DNA of 64,000 nucleotides, from assembly GCA_965195195.1 (NCBI GenBank), contig CBDAFF010000057.1:16074-80073 (forward strand), in the 5' to 3' direction. The notes beneath the pieces are model-generated. The model was not told where the DNA came from, made no database searches, and worked only from the letters and a program-made list of their open reading frames with translations. The translations under genes were made by a program, and so were the position numbers. Below, in pieces: positions 19,443 to 29,049 of the stretch. The stretch comes from an uncultured Anaerolineales bacterium (lineage in GTDB: Bacteria > Chloroflexota > Anaerolineae > Anaerolineales > E44-bin32). The first letter of the stretch is position 1, and the number at the start of each line of letters is the position of its first letter.

Positions 19443-20120
19443 TTACTTCCCCCGCAAACTCCAACGGGCGATGCCGCCAATTAACCACGAGAGAAGCACT
19501 GTGACGCCAGCGAGGAGGGCAAAAATGTCTCGCCAGAAACGTTCCGGGTAGAGACGGATAAAAGTATCCGAGAGCGGGAAAAGCCACGTGCTGCCCTCAA
19601 AAAAGATGCGGTGGAATCCAACGAACAGAACACCAAATGCGGCTAACAGAATAATAACCAGGAAGATCATCAGAAGGACCGTAAGTTTTGAGCCGGCAAT
19701 CACCGCTCGAAGGGCGATAGCTCGGTCATCCATCCACCACAGCACCGCGACGAGGGTGAGCAAGAAGAAGATCCCAGAAGCCCACACCTTCCAGACCGTA
19801 CCAAGTAGATTTTTTACATCCTGCATATGGCTGAGTTCGCGGTCATTATGCATGGGCGAACCGTCATCGAGCGTGAATTCATCGAAATAATCAATTCGCG
19901 CATCGGTTAACAGGTAGTCGATATCGATGGCTGACCAAAAAATCCGGTCATCCAGGCTGAAACCATAAAGGTCTGCGGGGAAACCGGGCATACGGTATTC
20001 GATTTTGACCCAAGCATCGGCCGTGTAAAGCACCAGGCGCACGCTCGTCAGGATAATGACAACCGGGAACAATACCTGGATAAGCCAGTAAATCACTCTG
20101 GATGGTATGGATTGTTTCAT
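19443..20120 (-). CDS. DUF1461/TIGR01906-like integral membrane protein (Lit-like, tentative)
   Basis: One N-terminal TM helix, an extracytoplasmic loop containing RELSHMQDVKNL, then three TM helices with FHRIFFEGSTWLF. The start is trimmed to the ATG at 20120 because the longest ORF overlaps the upstream gene. Confidence 0.5.
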   Translation of the reverse strand: MKQSIPSRVIYWLIQVLFPVVIILTSVRLVLYTADAWVKIEYRMPGFPADLYGFSLDDRIFWSAIDIDYLLTDARIDYFDEFTLDDGSPMHNDRELSHMQDVKNLLGTVWKVWASGIFFLLTLVAVLWWMDDRAIALRAVIAGSKLTVLLMIFLVIILLAAFGVLFVGFHRIFFEGSTWLFPLSDTFIRLYPERFWRDIFALLAGVTVLLSWLIGGIARWSLRGK

Positions 20121-20139
20121 GGAGTTCAAATGTGTCTCC

Positions 20140-21702
20140 TCATCGAAGGCTTTCCACGCTTCCCCCAAAAATGAAGCGCAGGGCGATGGAATTGGTAATT
20201 TGTTCGACCGGCGCCAAGTCATCTGTGAAAACTACGCTGGAATCAGGCGTGGGCTGCAAATTTTGGATCGTCCGGTGCAGAATATCCACCAGCAGTGGAT
20301 GAGTCTCTTTTGAAACCAATGCGAGTTCATTTGCGACAAGATTCTCGGGCCCCGTTTCCATCATGGTCGCAAACACGATGGTATTGAATGTATTCGGTAC
20401 ATCCACGACATGAACACTTGGGAAAACGGCCCCCATCGTTCCTGAGAATGCTTCGATCAAGCGGCGGTCATCCGGCGTCCTCCCGATGTTAATCACAACT
20501 ACGCCGTTGGGGTCAAGATGAGCCCGTACTTCTTCGAAGAACTCTCGCGTTGTCAGGTGCCAGGGGATATAAGGGAGCCGATAGGCGTCGATGCCGATCA
20601 CCGTATAGTGTTGCCCGCTGTGCGTAAGGCCCCAACGTCCATCGGCGACGATCGGGTTGAGATTGGGCTCCGTCATATCAAACAAGCTCCGCCCCACTTC
20701 AATAATCTCCCCATCAATTTCCCAACCATCAATAGGTATTGGACCGATTACTTCGCTGTATAGTTTCGAGATCGTCCCAGCTGCCAAACCGATTAAACCC
20801 AGCCTTTTTACCTCTGTATCCTCACCAGGCGGATTGAAGTAAGGCGCTGCCAAGAAGTAATCCCATGTGCCGTTTGTGGCGGTCAGGTCGGGGGTATACA
20901 CCGAATGAATCCCCTGCCCCTCATTCAATAGCAACTGACGTATTCCGTCCCGTTCGATCACCTGGATGTAGTTATACGAAGATTCCTCTTCAAATATTTG
21001 ACCCGCACTCGCCTTTATTGGGCCGTTGAGCGTAAAAAACGCCAGCCCCGCGAGGGTAATTGGCATCCACAAGTGAATCAGCGCCTGGCGACGGTCGTGC
21101 AACGCCAGCCCCAGGAGGGCCACAGCCATCAAAGTGAAACTAAAAAACAGGAAGGTACGCGCCGTTCCAATGATCGGAATCAGAATGAGGACAGGTATAA
21201 ATGTTCCGAGTATCGAGCCCATTGTCGAGAGGGCATAGATCTTTCCTGAAACGCGGCCGGCATGATCCGTGTCTTCGATGGACAGACGAATTGCATATGG
21301 CGAAATGGTCCCCAAAAGTGTGATGGGAACGCTGAAAAGCACGAGGATCGATAGAAACGATCCCAGCATTAGTCCGGTTTCTAGATGCTCAACCGCCATC
21401 GCCGCTCGCAGTAGGACGGGGCGTGAGATGATTGGAACTAATCCTGCGGTGAAGGATGCCCAGAGAATCAGCCGGTAGAAAGGTGTGGGAAACGGCCAGC
21501 GGTCCCCCCAGCGCCCTCCGAGGAAGTACCCTGCCGTGAGGTATATGAGGATGAGACCGATAATGTTTGCCCAGACGATGTTGCTCGTCCCGTAGACACT
21601 CCCTAACAGGCGTGAAGCCGTGAGCTCGATGCCTAGCGTGGTCATCCCAGCGATGAAAACTACAATCAATAATAGAACCCGTCGCATTCTATCGTTCTCC
21701 AT
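20140..21702 (-). CDS. fused polytopic membrane domain / spermidine-synthase-like methyltransferase-fold protein
   Basis: About 210 aa of N-terminal TM helices. The C-terminal half has the SAM/aminopropyl-transferase-like GLIGLAAGT and VIGIDAY motifs. Confidence 0.7.
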   Translation of the reverse strand: MENDRMRRVLLLIVVFIAGMTTLGIELTASRLLGSVYGTSNIVWANIIGLILIYLTAGYFLGGRWGDRWPFPTPFYRLILWASFTAGLVPIISRPVLLRAAMAVEHLETGLMLGSFLSILVLFSVPITLLGTISPYAIRLSIEDTDHAGRVSGKIYALSTMGSILGTFIPVLILIPIIGTARTFLFFSFTLMAVALLGLALHDRRQALIHLWMPITLAGLAFFTLNGPIKASAGQIFEEESSYNYIQVIERDGIRQLLLNEGQGIHSVYTPDLTATNGTWDYFLAAPYFNPPGEDTEVKRLGLIGLAAGTISKLYSEVIGPIPIDGWEIDGEIIEVGRSLFDMTEPNLNPIVADGRWGLTHSGQHYTVIGIDAYRLPYIPWHLTTREFFEEVRAHLDPNGVVVINIGRTPDDRRLIEAFSGTMGAVFPSVHVVDVPNTFNTIVFATMMETGPENLVANELALVSKETHPLLVDILHRTIQNLQPTPDSSVVFTDDLAPVEQITNSIALRFIFGGSVESLR

Positions 21703-21718
21703 AAGCTTTCAGATTCGA

Positions 21719-23050
21719 TCAGGCAATTCGCGGGGCGCGAAGAGGGCGAATTGGAGATCCTAAGACCTCTCCTAGATTATCGCCGTAACTTAGAATTCGT
21801 GCAGTTATCCCCGACCGCCGTGCGGCCTCAGCGATTACATGCGAGCCTTCGGGCCCACCGAAACTGGCGGCGTCAAGCAGCACCAACATAGGCTGACGGC
21901 CGGTATGCCGCAGCCTGCGGATGCCTGCAAGCATGTCCGTGTTGACCGATGGTGTAATGAAAATCGCAGTGGATCCCTGAGGAATTCTTGGGCCTTCAAT
22001 TTTGATCACATCTTGCAGAGACCTTTCACCCACAGCATTCAGAACTGCCAACGACTCAAGCAATCGTAAGCGCTGTGCCTCGCCAGGTTCTGGCTGGATT
22101 ACCTGGCGTGCCGCACCATAACTGATGAATCCCACAGCCCGATTGAGCTGCAAGAAATGCATTGCCAGTGAGGCAGCAGCTGTCACTCCATACTCGATGG
22201 TGGAAGGTGGAAGTTGAAATGCGCCGTCTTCTCTTACCTTAGCGCTCTCGTCCGGCTGGCGAAGTTCGAAATGCGGGGTTAGCGAAGAATCAAGGATGAT
22301 CCAGATTTCTGCCAATGGATCGAGTTCAAATTCCTTAACGATCAATTTCTGCAGCCGTGCTGTTGAACGCCAGTGGATCCGGCTAAAACTGTCACCGGGC
22401 ACATAATCGCGCACGCCTGCTGCGTTCGGCGTGATCTGATGCGTACGCCGTCTCAGCGCTTCACCCCCTGGCAGTCGTCCGCTCGGGAGGGGGAATCCCT
22501 CGAGCGGCACCGTCATCGGTAATACAACAACGTGATGGACAGCAGGGATCTCGCATACGCGTGGGAAGATTCCGAAAGGATCACTTGAACGCAGCGTCAT
22601 GGGTCCTAAGCGGTAGCGGCCCCGGCGTGTGCAAAGCGTCCTCGTCAACCAGCGTCTGGTTTGCCCTCTGCCAAACCCGGCAGCCACGGTTACCGATTGA
22701 TGAGCGCCGACATCAGAGGAGTCTCCCAATCCCAATCCGATCGCTACCGTGGTAACTCTGAAGCCAGGAAGGTCGGAGGTGTCCTTCGTCTCCACCCAAA
22801 GTTTGGCGATTCGACTCAGGTTGGAAAGCGTGAAACGCTCAATGAAAAGCTGACCTACCTGGGATCGATTTGAGCGCGGCTCACGGGTAATCGTCACGCC
22901 ACGCAATGTTGTCCTCGACCAGATATAGGCAACAACAAGCAAACCTCCCCAGAGGTATGTCAGGCTATAGAAAAGGTCTCGCCCGGTAACCCTAGCCCCA
23001 ATAAGGCTGAGGACGAAAAGAGCGAGGATGACGCGTGCACGCGAAAACAT
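21719..23050 (-). CDS. DUF58-domain protein (MoxR partner, vWA-like C-terminus) with an N-terminal membrane anchor
   Basis: DYVPGDSFSRIHWRSTARLQKLIVKEFE is the DUF58 signature. One-nucleotide start/stop overlap with the MoxR gene. Confidence 0.75.
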   Translation of the reverse strand: MFSRARVILALFVLSLIGARVTGRDLFYSLTYLWGGLLVVAYIWSRTTLRGVTITREPRSNRSQVGQLFIERFTLSNLSRIAKLWVETKDTSDLPGFRVTTVAIGLGLGDSSDVGAHQSVTVAAGFGRGQTRRWLTRTLCTRRGRYRLGPMTLRSSDPFGIFPRVCEIPAVHHVVVLPMTVPLEGFPLPSGRLPGGEALRRRTHQITPNAAGVRDYVPGDSFSRIHWRSTARLQKLIVKEFELDPLAEIWIILDSSLTPHFELRQPDESAKVREDGAFQLPPSTIEYGVTAAASLAMHFLQLNRAVGFISYGAARQVIQPEPGEAQRLRLLESLAVLNAVGERSLQDVIKIEGPRIPQGSTAIFITPSVNTDMLAGIRRLRHTGRQPMLVLLDAASFGGPEGSHVIAEAARRSGITARILSYGDNLGEVLGSPIRPLRAPRIA

Positions 23051-23997
23051 CAGCCAACCTCACCTCCCGGCACAGGGACCTTCTCGAGAACTTCCTCGAT
23101 AACATCCACTGCGTCGACCTCGCGGATGCGTGCAGCCGAACCGACAATCAACCGGTGCGCGAGCGCGGGGACAGCCAAAGCCTTAACATCATCCGGCAGG
23201 ACATATTCTCTGCCCAGGATCGCTGCCCGTGCCTGTGACGTGCGGAACAGCGCTAGGCTACCGCGCGGGCTTGCGCCGAGATAAATTTCCCCGTGCGCTC
23301 TAGTCGTTTCAACCAACTCCACAATGTAACGCTTGATCTCGTCTGTAACCGTGACGGTCCTCACAGCATCCTGCACCTTTAGCAAGTCGGCAATCTCGAT
23401 TACCTGCTCCAGATCTTCGATTGGGTGGTGGAGCTGCTGATCCGTCAGCATTTGCACCTCATAATTTTTTGATGGGTATCCCAGACTAATCCGCAGGAGG
23501 AAGCGATCCATCTGGGCTTCGGGAAGTGGAAACGTCCCCTCATATTCAATCGGGTTCTGCGTAGCCAGAACAAGGAAAGGCTCCGGTAAAGGGTGAGTTT
23601 TTCCATCAACCGTGACTTGATGCTCCTCCATCGCCTCCAGCAATGCGGCTTGTGTTTTTGGTGTGGCTCGGTTGATCTCATCTGTAAGTACGATCTGAGC
23701 CACGATCGGTCCCTGACGGTATTCGAATTCGTTTGTTTTCTGATTGAATATCGAAACGCCGGTCACATCGCTTGGAAGCATATCAGGGGTGAATTGGATG
23801 CGGTTGAACGTGCCTCCAATCGATCGGGCGATGCTTTTAGCAAGCATCGTCTTCCCTGTCCCTGGAACATCCTCAATGAGGATATGCCCCTGGCAAAGCA
23901 GCCCCGTGATCGTCAAGCGGATCGCGTCCGTTTTCCCCACGATCACTTTTTCGACGTTCTCGAGCAGTTGATTGGTGACATCTTGTATCTCAGCCAT
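23050..23997 (-). CDS. MoxR-family AAA+ ATPase
   Basis: Walker [10 protein letters not shown], Walker [51 protein letters not shown] Shine-Dalgarno. Confidence 0.9.
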   Translation of the reverse strand: MAEIQDVTNQLLENVEKVIVGKTDAIRLTITGLLCQGHILIEDVPGTGKTMLAKSIARSIGGTFNRIQFTPDMLPSDVTGVSIFNQKTNEFEYRQGPIVAQIVLTDEINRATPKTQAALLEAMEEHQVTVDGKTHPLPEPFLVLATQNPIEYEGTFPLPEAQMDRFLLRISLGYPSKNYEVQMLTDQQLHHPIEDLEQVIEIADLLKVQDAVRTVTVTDEIKRYIVELVETTRAHGEIYLGASPRGSLALFRTSQARAAILGREYVLPDDVKALAVPALAHRLIVGSAARIREVDAVDVIEEVLEKVPVPGGEVG

Positions 23998-24119
23998 GAA
24001 TTCTCCTCTGCGATATTATGAAGATGAGCCGTACAAGAGGCGTTCTCGATTTTACCTTGTTCCTGTAAATGTTGACCAGCATCTGTCGTCGCTGGCGGTA
24101 AATCTTACGGTGATCGAGT

Positions 24120-25217
24120 TTATGAGTTAAGCAGCATTACAAGCATTGCGATCCAGAACATCGCGTAATTCAATGTTTTCCTACGCTTATACTGTACCGC
24201 GAAAAGGACGACTGCCAATACAAGGCCGGTTGCCACACGAACGATGCCCAGTGGTTCTCTGAAAGTTGAGTAAGGGATAAAAAGAAGGACCAAGCTGTTC
24301 GTGAACAACGCCATTGCCGTCGCGTCTTTTGCTCCATCCCAGAGAGCTTTCACCGAGCTAGCTAAACCCCAGATCGTTGGAAATACAATCGATGGACCGA
24401 GGATAACCAGGAATAAAGCCAGCGCTGGAAGACTTTCTGTACCGATACGCAGCAATCCCATGAATGGGATCCACTCAAACCCCGTCGCCATATCACCGCC
24501 GCTGCCGATTCCCGACGACCCGAACGTCCACCATAACCAGGCTTGCCAGAGTGCAAACAGCGCTCCGCCCGCGATCAATGTCCACATGGACGATTTCGAC
24601 CTACGCTGCACAAGATCACTGATCAAAGCTGCGATCCAGAAAAGCACAGTCGTCTCTTTTGCAAAAAGCGCCATTCCCAAGGCAACTGCCCCCAGGACAG
24701 GTCGGTTTCGAAAGCGCCAGAACCACCCCAGGACCACCAACCCGTATGCTAGTGGTTCATGAAGGTCTAGCCCCACCGCGGCGATAAGACCCACCCACAA
24801 TCCATAAATCAACGCATAGTGCGAGGGGTAGCCCCTCTCGACGGAGAAAGAGGAAAGCAGCCCGGTAGCCCCTACAAGCGCGCAGAGGTTCACAAGCAAA
24901 AGAGACCAGGGGATGAGAGTCGGGTTGCCTCCAACAATTGTACGAGCCAGGATCGGGTAGAGGATTCGTTGATAACGATACGCAGGGACATCAAGATGCT
25001 CGGCGACGCTCTGTGGATTTGGGTCGCGGGCTACATATAAAGCGAATTGTCCGTCGTAACCAGGGTTTCCATTTGGATCGAGATCGGCGTAACGAGTGCC
25101 GATCTCTGCTAAGGCAGCGGGGTCCATATTAACAGAGGTCAGGCGCCATAGAATGTAGGCGCTGGAAACAATGAGGGTGAGGGCCGCAGGCCAGAACGTT
25201 TTTACTCGTCGCGCCAT
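24120..25217 (-). CDS. polytopic membrane protein 'C' (about 10 TM helices); possible GT-C-like glycosyltransferase
   Basis: Hydrophobic throughout. Extracytoplasmic loop GYDGQFALYVARDP...AYRYQRILYP. The ATG at 25217 overlaps the upstream stop by 16 nt. Function is an inference. Confidence 0.55.
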   Translation of the reverse strand: MARRVKTFWPAALTLIVSSAYILWRLTSVNMDPAALAEIGTRYADLDPNGNPGYDGQFALYVARDPNPQSVAEHLDVPAYRYQRILYPILARTIVGGNPTLIPWSLLLVNLCALVGATGLLSSFSVERGYPSHYALIYGLWVGLIAAVGLDLHEPLAYGLVVLGWFWRFRNRPVLGAVALGMALFAKETTVLFWIAALISDLVQRRSKSSMWTLIAGGALFALWQAWLWWTFGSSGIGSGGDMATGFEWIPFMGLLRIGTESLPALALFLVILGPSIVFPTIWGLASSVKALWDGAKDATAMALFTNSLVLLFIPYSTFREPLGIVRVATGLVLAVVLFAVQYKRRKTLNYAMFWIAMLVMLLNS

Positions 25218-27463
25218 CGTATGAAGAGAAATAATGCGAGTATCCAGGAGGGAAGGCTCACTGCTGCACCAACCCAGAATGAGCTTGGTTGATAAGAGAA
25301 GTCCACTGTATGTGCCCCTTGCGGCACCCATACTCCACGGAATAAATAATCTGCTTGGAAGAGCTCAGCTTCTTCACCATCCACACGAACGCGCCAACCC
25401 GGAACCATGATATCCGAAAGGACAAGCCAGGCGCCGCCTGACGTCGTTACTTCGATCTCAATTCGATTTGGATCCTTCCTTTCCAGGATGTTATATGACC
25501 CACCATGCTCCCCTTGAGGGAGGGATGCGGAGCTTGTTTCAAGGACGACCTGGTCATCCAGGTTGAAGGAGGGATTGATAACGATTTGAAGCGCATCTTC
25601 AGCGCTTGAGACAGAAACAGCATTCGGGATCAACCTCACCCGAGTTGCGCCCTCGACGGGTTCGTAACGAACCGCACCCAAATCTCCAGACACCTCTGAT
25701 GCCAGCCAGGCGACATCCATCAATTGGAAGAGACGCTGTTGATCCGCCGAGGGAAGCGTGTCAAGGACATCAATCCATGTCGTATACCGCTCGGGAACAA
25801 AGGGGTCGAAGTTATTCGCCGAGGGTACGCTGTCAAGCATTGTTGTATTCGGTAAGCCGATATCACGGACAACCCGCCAGTCAATACCCGGGTCAAATGT
25901 GTCGAAGCGGTGGGTTTGAGAGAATTTCAGCGCATACTCCAGATCTGCAGTCATATAAAGGCGGTGGGTACGGCCAAACGCGGTGACGGTTGCTGCTTCT
26001 CCATCATATACTTCATGCGAAATTGATGGGTTCAAACCGCGTCCGGCGACGAGCAGGTCAATCAGCAGGAATCCCCCGACAAGAAGCATGGTTAATCTCG
26101 CCCGGGATTTATCAACGAAGAGCGTGAGCGCTCCGGCAACGGCCAGGCCGACACCGGCAATCGCAAGGGCACGAACAAAAGTAGGCTCGACGCCACCTAA
26201 CCAGTGTGCTCCAAAATATCCCGCCAGACCAATGACTGCCGCACCCGCAGTCCCAAGACGGATCCAGTAGAGTGCTCTTCCAGAAGGCGTTCGCCATTGA
26301 TCCGCACCTATCGCAGCCAGGAGGGCGAGCGAAAAAACCAGAAGCAGATTCCAGCGGGCAGGTGCGTGAAACAAGTCAAAGGTAGGTACATGATCGAAGA
26401 GGAATGGGAAGATAGGCGTGTTCGCACCCAAGGCGAGGATCACGGTCATAACGGAAATAAAAGCGAGAAACCTCCCCAACGTGGGGCGTGAACCCTTGCC
26501 TCGCAGGCTAGACACGATCCCAAGTATCGCGAAAATCAGCGTGATGATGCCAATGTAGATCGCATCCTCCCAGAAATTCGCATACCCCCAGTAATTCCCC
26601 CTGGATGGATTCCCGAATAGGTCAGGCAACAGGAGGCCGAGAGCGCGCCACGGCCAAAACGAGTACGTCATCGCCAACTCGGGGTCCACGGTTGTCGCCC
26701 GCGCCGTATTCAGCAAATATTCTAGAGTTGGAAGCAATTGGGCAGCAGTTAAAACGAAACCCAGGACACCGGCCAATAAGTACGCAGACGCAGTTCGAAG
26801 TCGATCTCGCCAGGTATCAAGAGAAATCGCGCGCCAGATAAGCCAGGCCGCACTCAGACAAAGGCTGTACCAGGCCGTTTGAGCATGTCCAGCCAACCAT
26901 TGGAAGCTAAAGGCAACCGCTAAAAGAAAGACCGAAGGATAAAATTGGCGGAAATTCTTGCGGGGGACAGACTCAAATAGCCTATCCGTGGCGTAGATGA
27001 TCCAGGGCAGCCAGGCCGCAGCGTGATTAATGCTGATAAACCAGGTCCGGGCAACCAGGTAGCCCGAGAGGCTGTAACTCAAGCCGGCGATGAGCTGAGA
27101 AAGGTTTCCCAATCCGAGCCTGCGCACGAGCAGAGCCATCCCAATCCCCGCCCAAATCAGATGAAGCGTTACGAGAACGCCATGCCCGTACGCCGGTCCG
27201 AAGAAGAAGAGAGTTAAATTCGGCGGGTAAAGTAGAGCGGACTGATAATTCGCGAGCAGCGGAGCACCCATCCCGAGCAGTGGATTCCAGAGTGGAAGGT
27301 GGCCCGACTTGAGCACCTCAAGCGCAAACTGATGCCACGGAACGAACTGGAGCATCGGGGTGCCCCAATACAGGACATCACCTCTGACAAGCATCGGTCC
27401 AAAGAGCAGGATCGGTCCGATGGCGATCGATATCCAAACTAGATGATTGCGCTGGATTTTCAC
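25202..27463 (-). CDS. YfhO-like giant polytopic membrane protein B' (GT-C-type glycosyltransferase candidate)
   Basis: N-terminal HLPLWNPLLGMGAPLLAN and C-terminal VPGWRVRVDGEEAELFQADYLFRGVWVPQGAHTVDFSY plus a terminal TM helix resemble the YfhO layout. Paralogous to 29046-31181. GTGA overlap with the upstream gene. Confidence 0.6.
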   Translation of the reverse strand: MKIQRNHLVWISIAIGPILLFGPMLVRGDVLYWGTPMLQFVPWHQFALEVLKSGHLPLWNPLLGMGAPLLANYQSALLYPPNLTLFFFGPAYGHGVLVTLHLIWAGIGMALLVRRLGLGNLSQLIAGLSYSLSGYLVARTWFISINHAAAWLPWIIYATDRLFESVPRKNFRQFYPSVFLLAVAFSFQWLAGHAQTAWYSLCLSAAWLIWRAISLDTWRDRLRTASAYLLAGVLGFVLTAAQLLPTLEYLLNTARATTVDPELAMTYSFWPWRALGLLLPDLFGNPSRGNYWGYANFWEDAIYIGIITLIFAILGIVSSLRGKGSRPTLGRFLAFISVMTVILALGANTPIFPFLFDHVPTFDLFHAPARWNLLLVFSLALLAAIGADQWRTPSGRALYWIRLGTAGAAVIGLAGYFGAHWLGGVEPTFVRALAIAGVGLAVAGALTLFVDKSRARLTMLLVGGFLLIDLLVAGRGLNPSISHEVYDGEAATVTAFGRTHRLYMTADLEYALKFSQTHRFDTFDPGIDWRVVRDIGLPNTTMLDSVPSANNFDPFVPERYTTWIDVLDTLPSADQQRLFQLMDVAWLASEVSGDLGAVRYEPVEGATRVRLIPNAVSVSSAEDALQIVINPSFNLDDQVVLETSSASLPQGEHGGSYNILERKDPNRIEIEVTTSGGAWLVLSDIMVPGWRVRVDGEEAELFQADYLFRGVWVPQGAHTVDFSYQPSSFWVGAAVSLPSWILALFLFIRWRDE

Positions 27464-29049
27464 GGTGATAATGAAACCTCGTAAATGCGATATCCGTTCT
27501 CGTTGTAACGAAGGATCAACGCGGATGATGAATCAGGATCCCACTCCCCCAGCTCCCGCTCGAGAGGTCCATAGAAGATGAAGTCAATCTGCTGCTCGTC
27601 CAAGAAAGTCTCACGCTGCTTCGCGTCCCACCCTTCGTTGAAGAACGCCGAAACTACTGGTAATAACTCATCCAGATTAGCACTTTCCGGACCGTGCCCA
27701 ACAAGGACCCTCACTGAGGCCCACGCCGGCAGCGCATTTCCAGTGTTGTAGGATGACAGGACGATGCTATTATGCGGCGAGATCCTCTCCAATTCCTGAA
27801 AGGCTCTAACCGCCCCATCGGGTCTAAACATGGGCAGATCCGGTCTGGCGGCAGCTTGCAGACCGCCGATCAGGAGAAGAGCGCTTGAGATAAGGGCACA
27901 GGCTATGGAGAAATACACAAACATCTTGCCCCATGGGCGGCGTCGCCACAACTCCGCCATCCCCAGCGCGGCAAGCGTAACAATCGCAACCCAGATCCCT
28001 TCCGGGAGGCGGCGCTGCAGATTATGGGGGAAGTATGCCAACAATAGCCCTGCCGCCAGCCACCCAATCGGCAGGAGCCATTGAGGGCGGGTTTTCCATA
28101 CTCTCTTGCGGAAAGGCACAATCAAGAATGGGATCATCAACCCATACGCCAACAAATAATGAACTGGATGTGGTGAGAGAATCTGGTTCTGTCCTGTCCA
28201 CGCAGTCAAAAAGGGGTCGGTCGAGAAGGAATAAACGAAATAGACGAATAACGGCAGCGGCGGGATGATCATTCGTAAAGTGTTGAAAAAGAGAGGCCGG
28301 TAGATGTGTGAATCTCTCTGCAGCAGGCTATGAACGAGGACTAGAAGGTTATACGCTCCGATCACTGCGGTGAGTGTAAGCACGGATAAAGGCTGGACCA
28401 GAAGGAGCAGCAAAATCACGCCTCCAGCAAGCCATGACCACTTTGGGTTTTCTTCGGCGCGCAGGAAAAGGACCATTGCCAGGAAAAGCAGCCCGCGGGC
28501 GAGGACAAGGTGCGGCAATCCGTAAATCGCGAGAAACCCAAACGATTCAGGTGAGATCCATTCCAGCGGCAGACTCCCCAACCAAGCACCCCCACTCGTT
28601 GCGAGTATAAGCCACCCTAACCCGCCGCCGATCGTTGCCAGGATCGTCGCCCACCTACGCCAGCGGAGATCCTCGATATAGTTGCTGATAAATTGGTAGA
28701 TCACCCACACGGTGAAGGGTATGCAGAGCACCCGAAAGATGTGAAACAGTACGACGAGTTGAATATGAACTTCGGGAGGGGCAGTCAATTTTCCAAGCAG
28801 CAGGTAAGGGAGAAAGGCAAGTACGCCATTTTGGATTTCTATGCTATATGGGGTGCGGAACAACCAATTCCCTATTTGTCCCAGGAGCATTTTCGCGATG
28901 TAGGAATTTCCATCTTCAACACCGAAGACAAAACCTGTGAAAAGCCATTCATCCCCCTCAACAGCCATCCCCATCAGATAAGGAAGCGTTGTGATACCGG
29001 CCAGGATCACCCCATACCATAAGCACCAGAGCCGTTCATGTCTCTTCAT
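27460..29049 (-). CDS. polytopic membrane protein A' (GT-C-like candidate), paralog of 31178-32755
   Basis: Shares FTGFxxxxxDGxSYxAKM in the first loop and NxxPAxASxRVLxGHxxE...YGPxExExG in the C-terminal soluble domain with gene A. I prefer the ATG at 29049 (ATGA overlap) over the longest-ORF start at 29061. Confidence 0.6.
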   Translation of the reverse strand: MKRHERLWCLWYGVILAGITTLPYLMGMAVEGDEWLFTGFVFGVEDGNSYIAKMLLGQIGNWLFRTPYSIEIQNGVLAFLPYLLLGKLTAPPEVHIQLVVLFHIFRVLCIPFTVWVIYQFISNYIEDLRWRRWATILATIGGGLGWLILATSGGAWLGSLPLEWISPESFGFLAIYGLPHLVLARGLLFLAMVLFLRAEENPKWSWLAGGVILLLLLVQPLSVLTLTAVIGAYNLLVLVHSLLQRDSHIYRPLFFNTLRMIIPPLPLFVYFVYSFSTDPFLTAWTGQNQILSPHPVHYLLAYGLMIPFLIVPFRKRVWKTRPQWLLPIGWLAAGLLLAYFPHNLQRRLPEGIWVAIVTLAALGMAELWRRRPWGKMFVYFSIACALISSALLLIGGLQAAARPDLPMFRPDGAVRAFQELERISPHNSIVLSSYNTGNALPAWASVRVLVGHGPESANLDELLPVVSAFFNEGWDAKQRETFLDEQQIDFIFYGPLERELGEWDPDSSSALILRYNENGYRIYEVSLSP

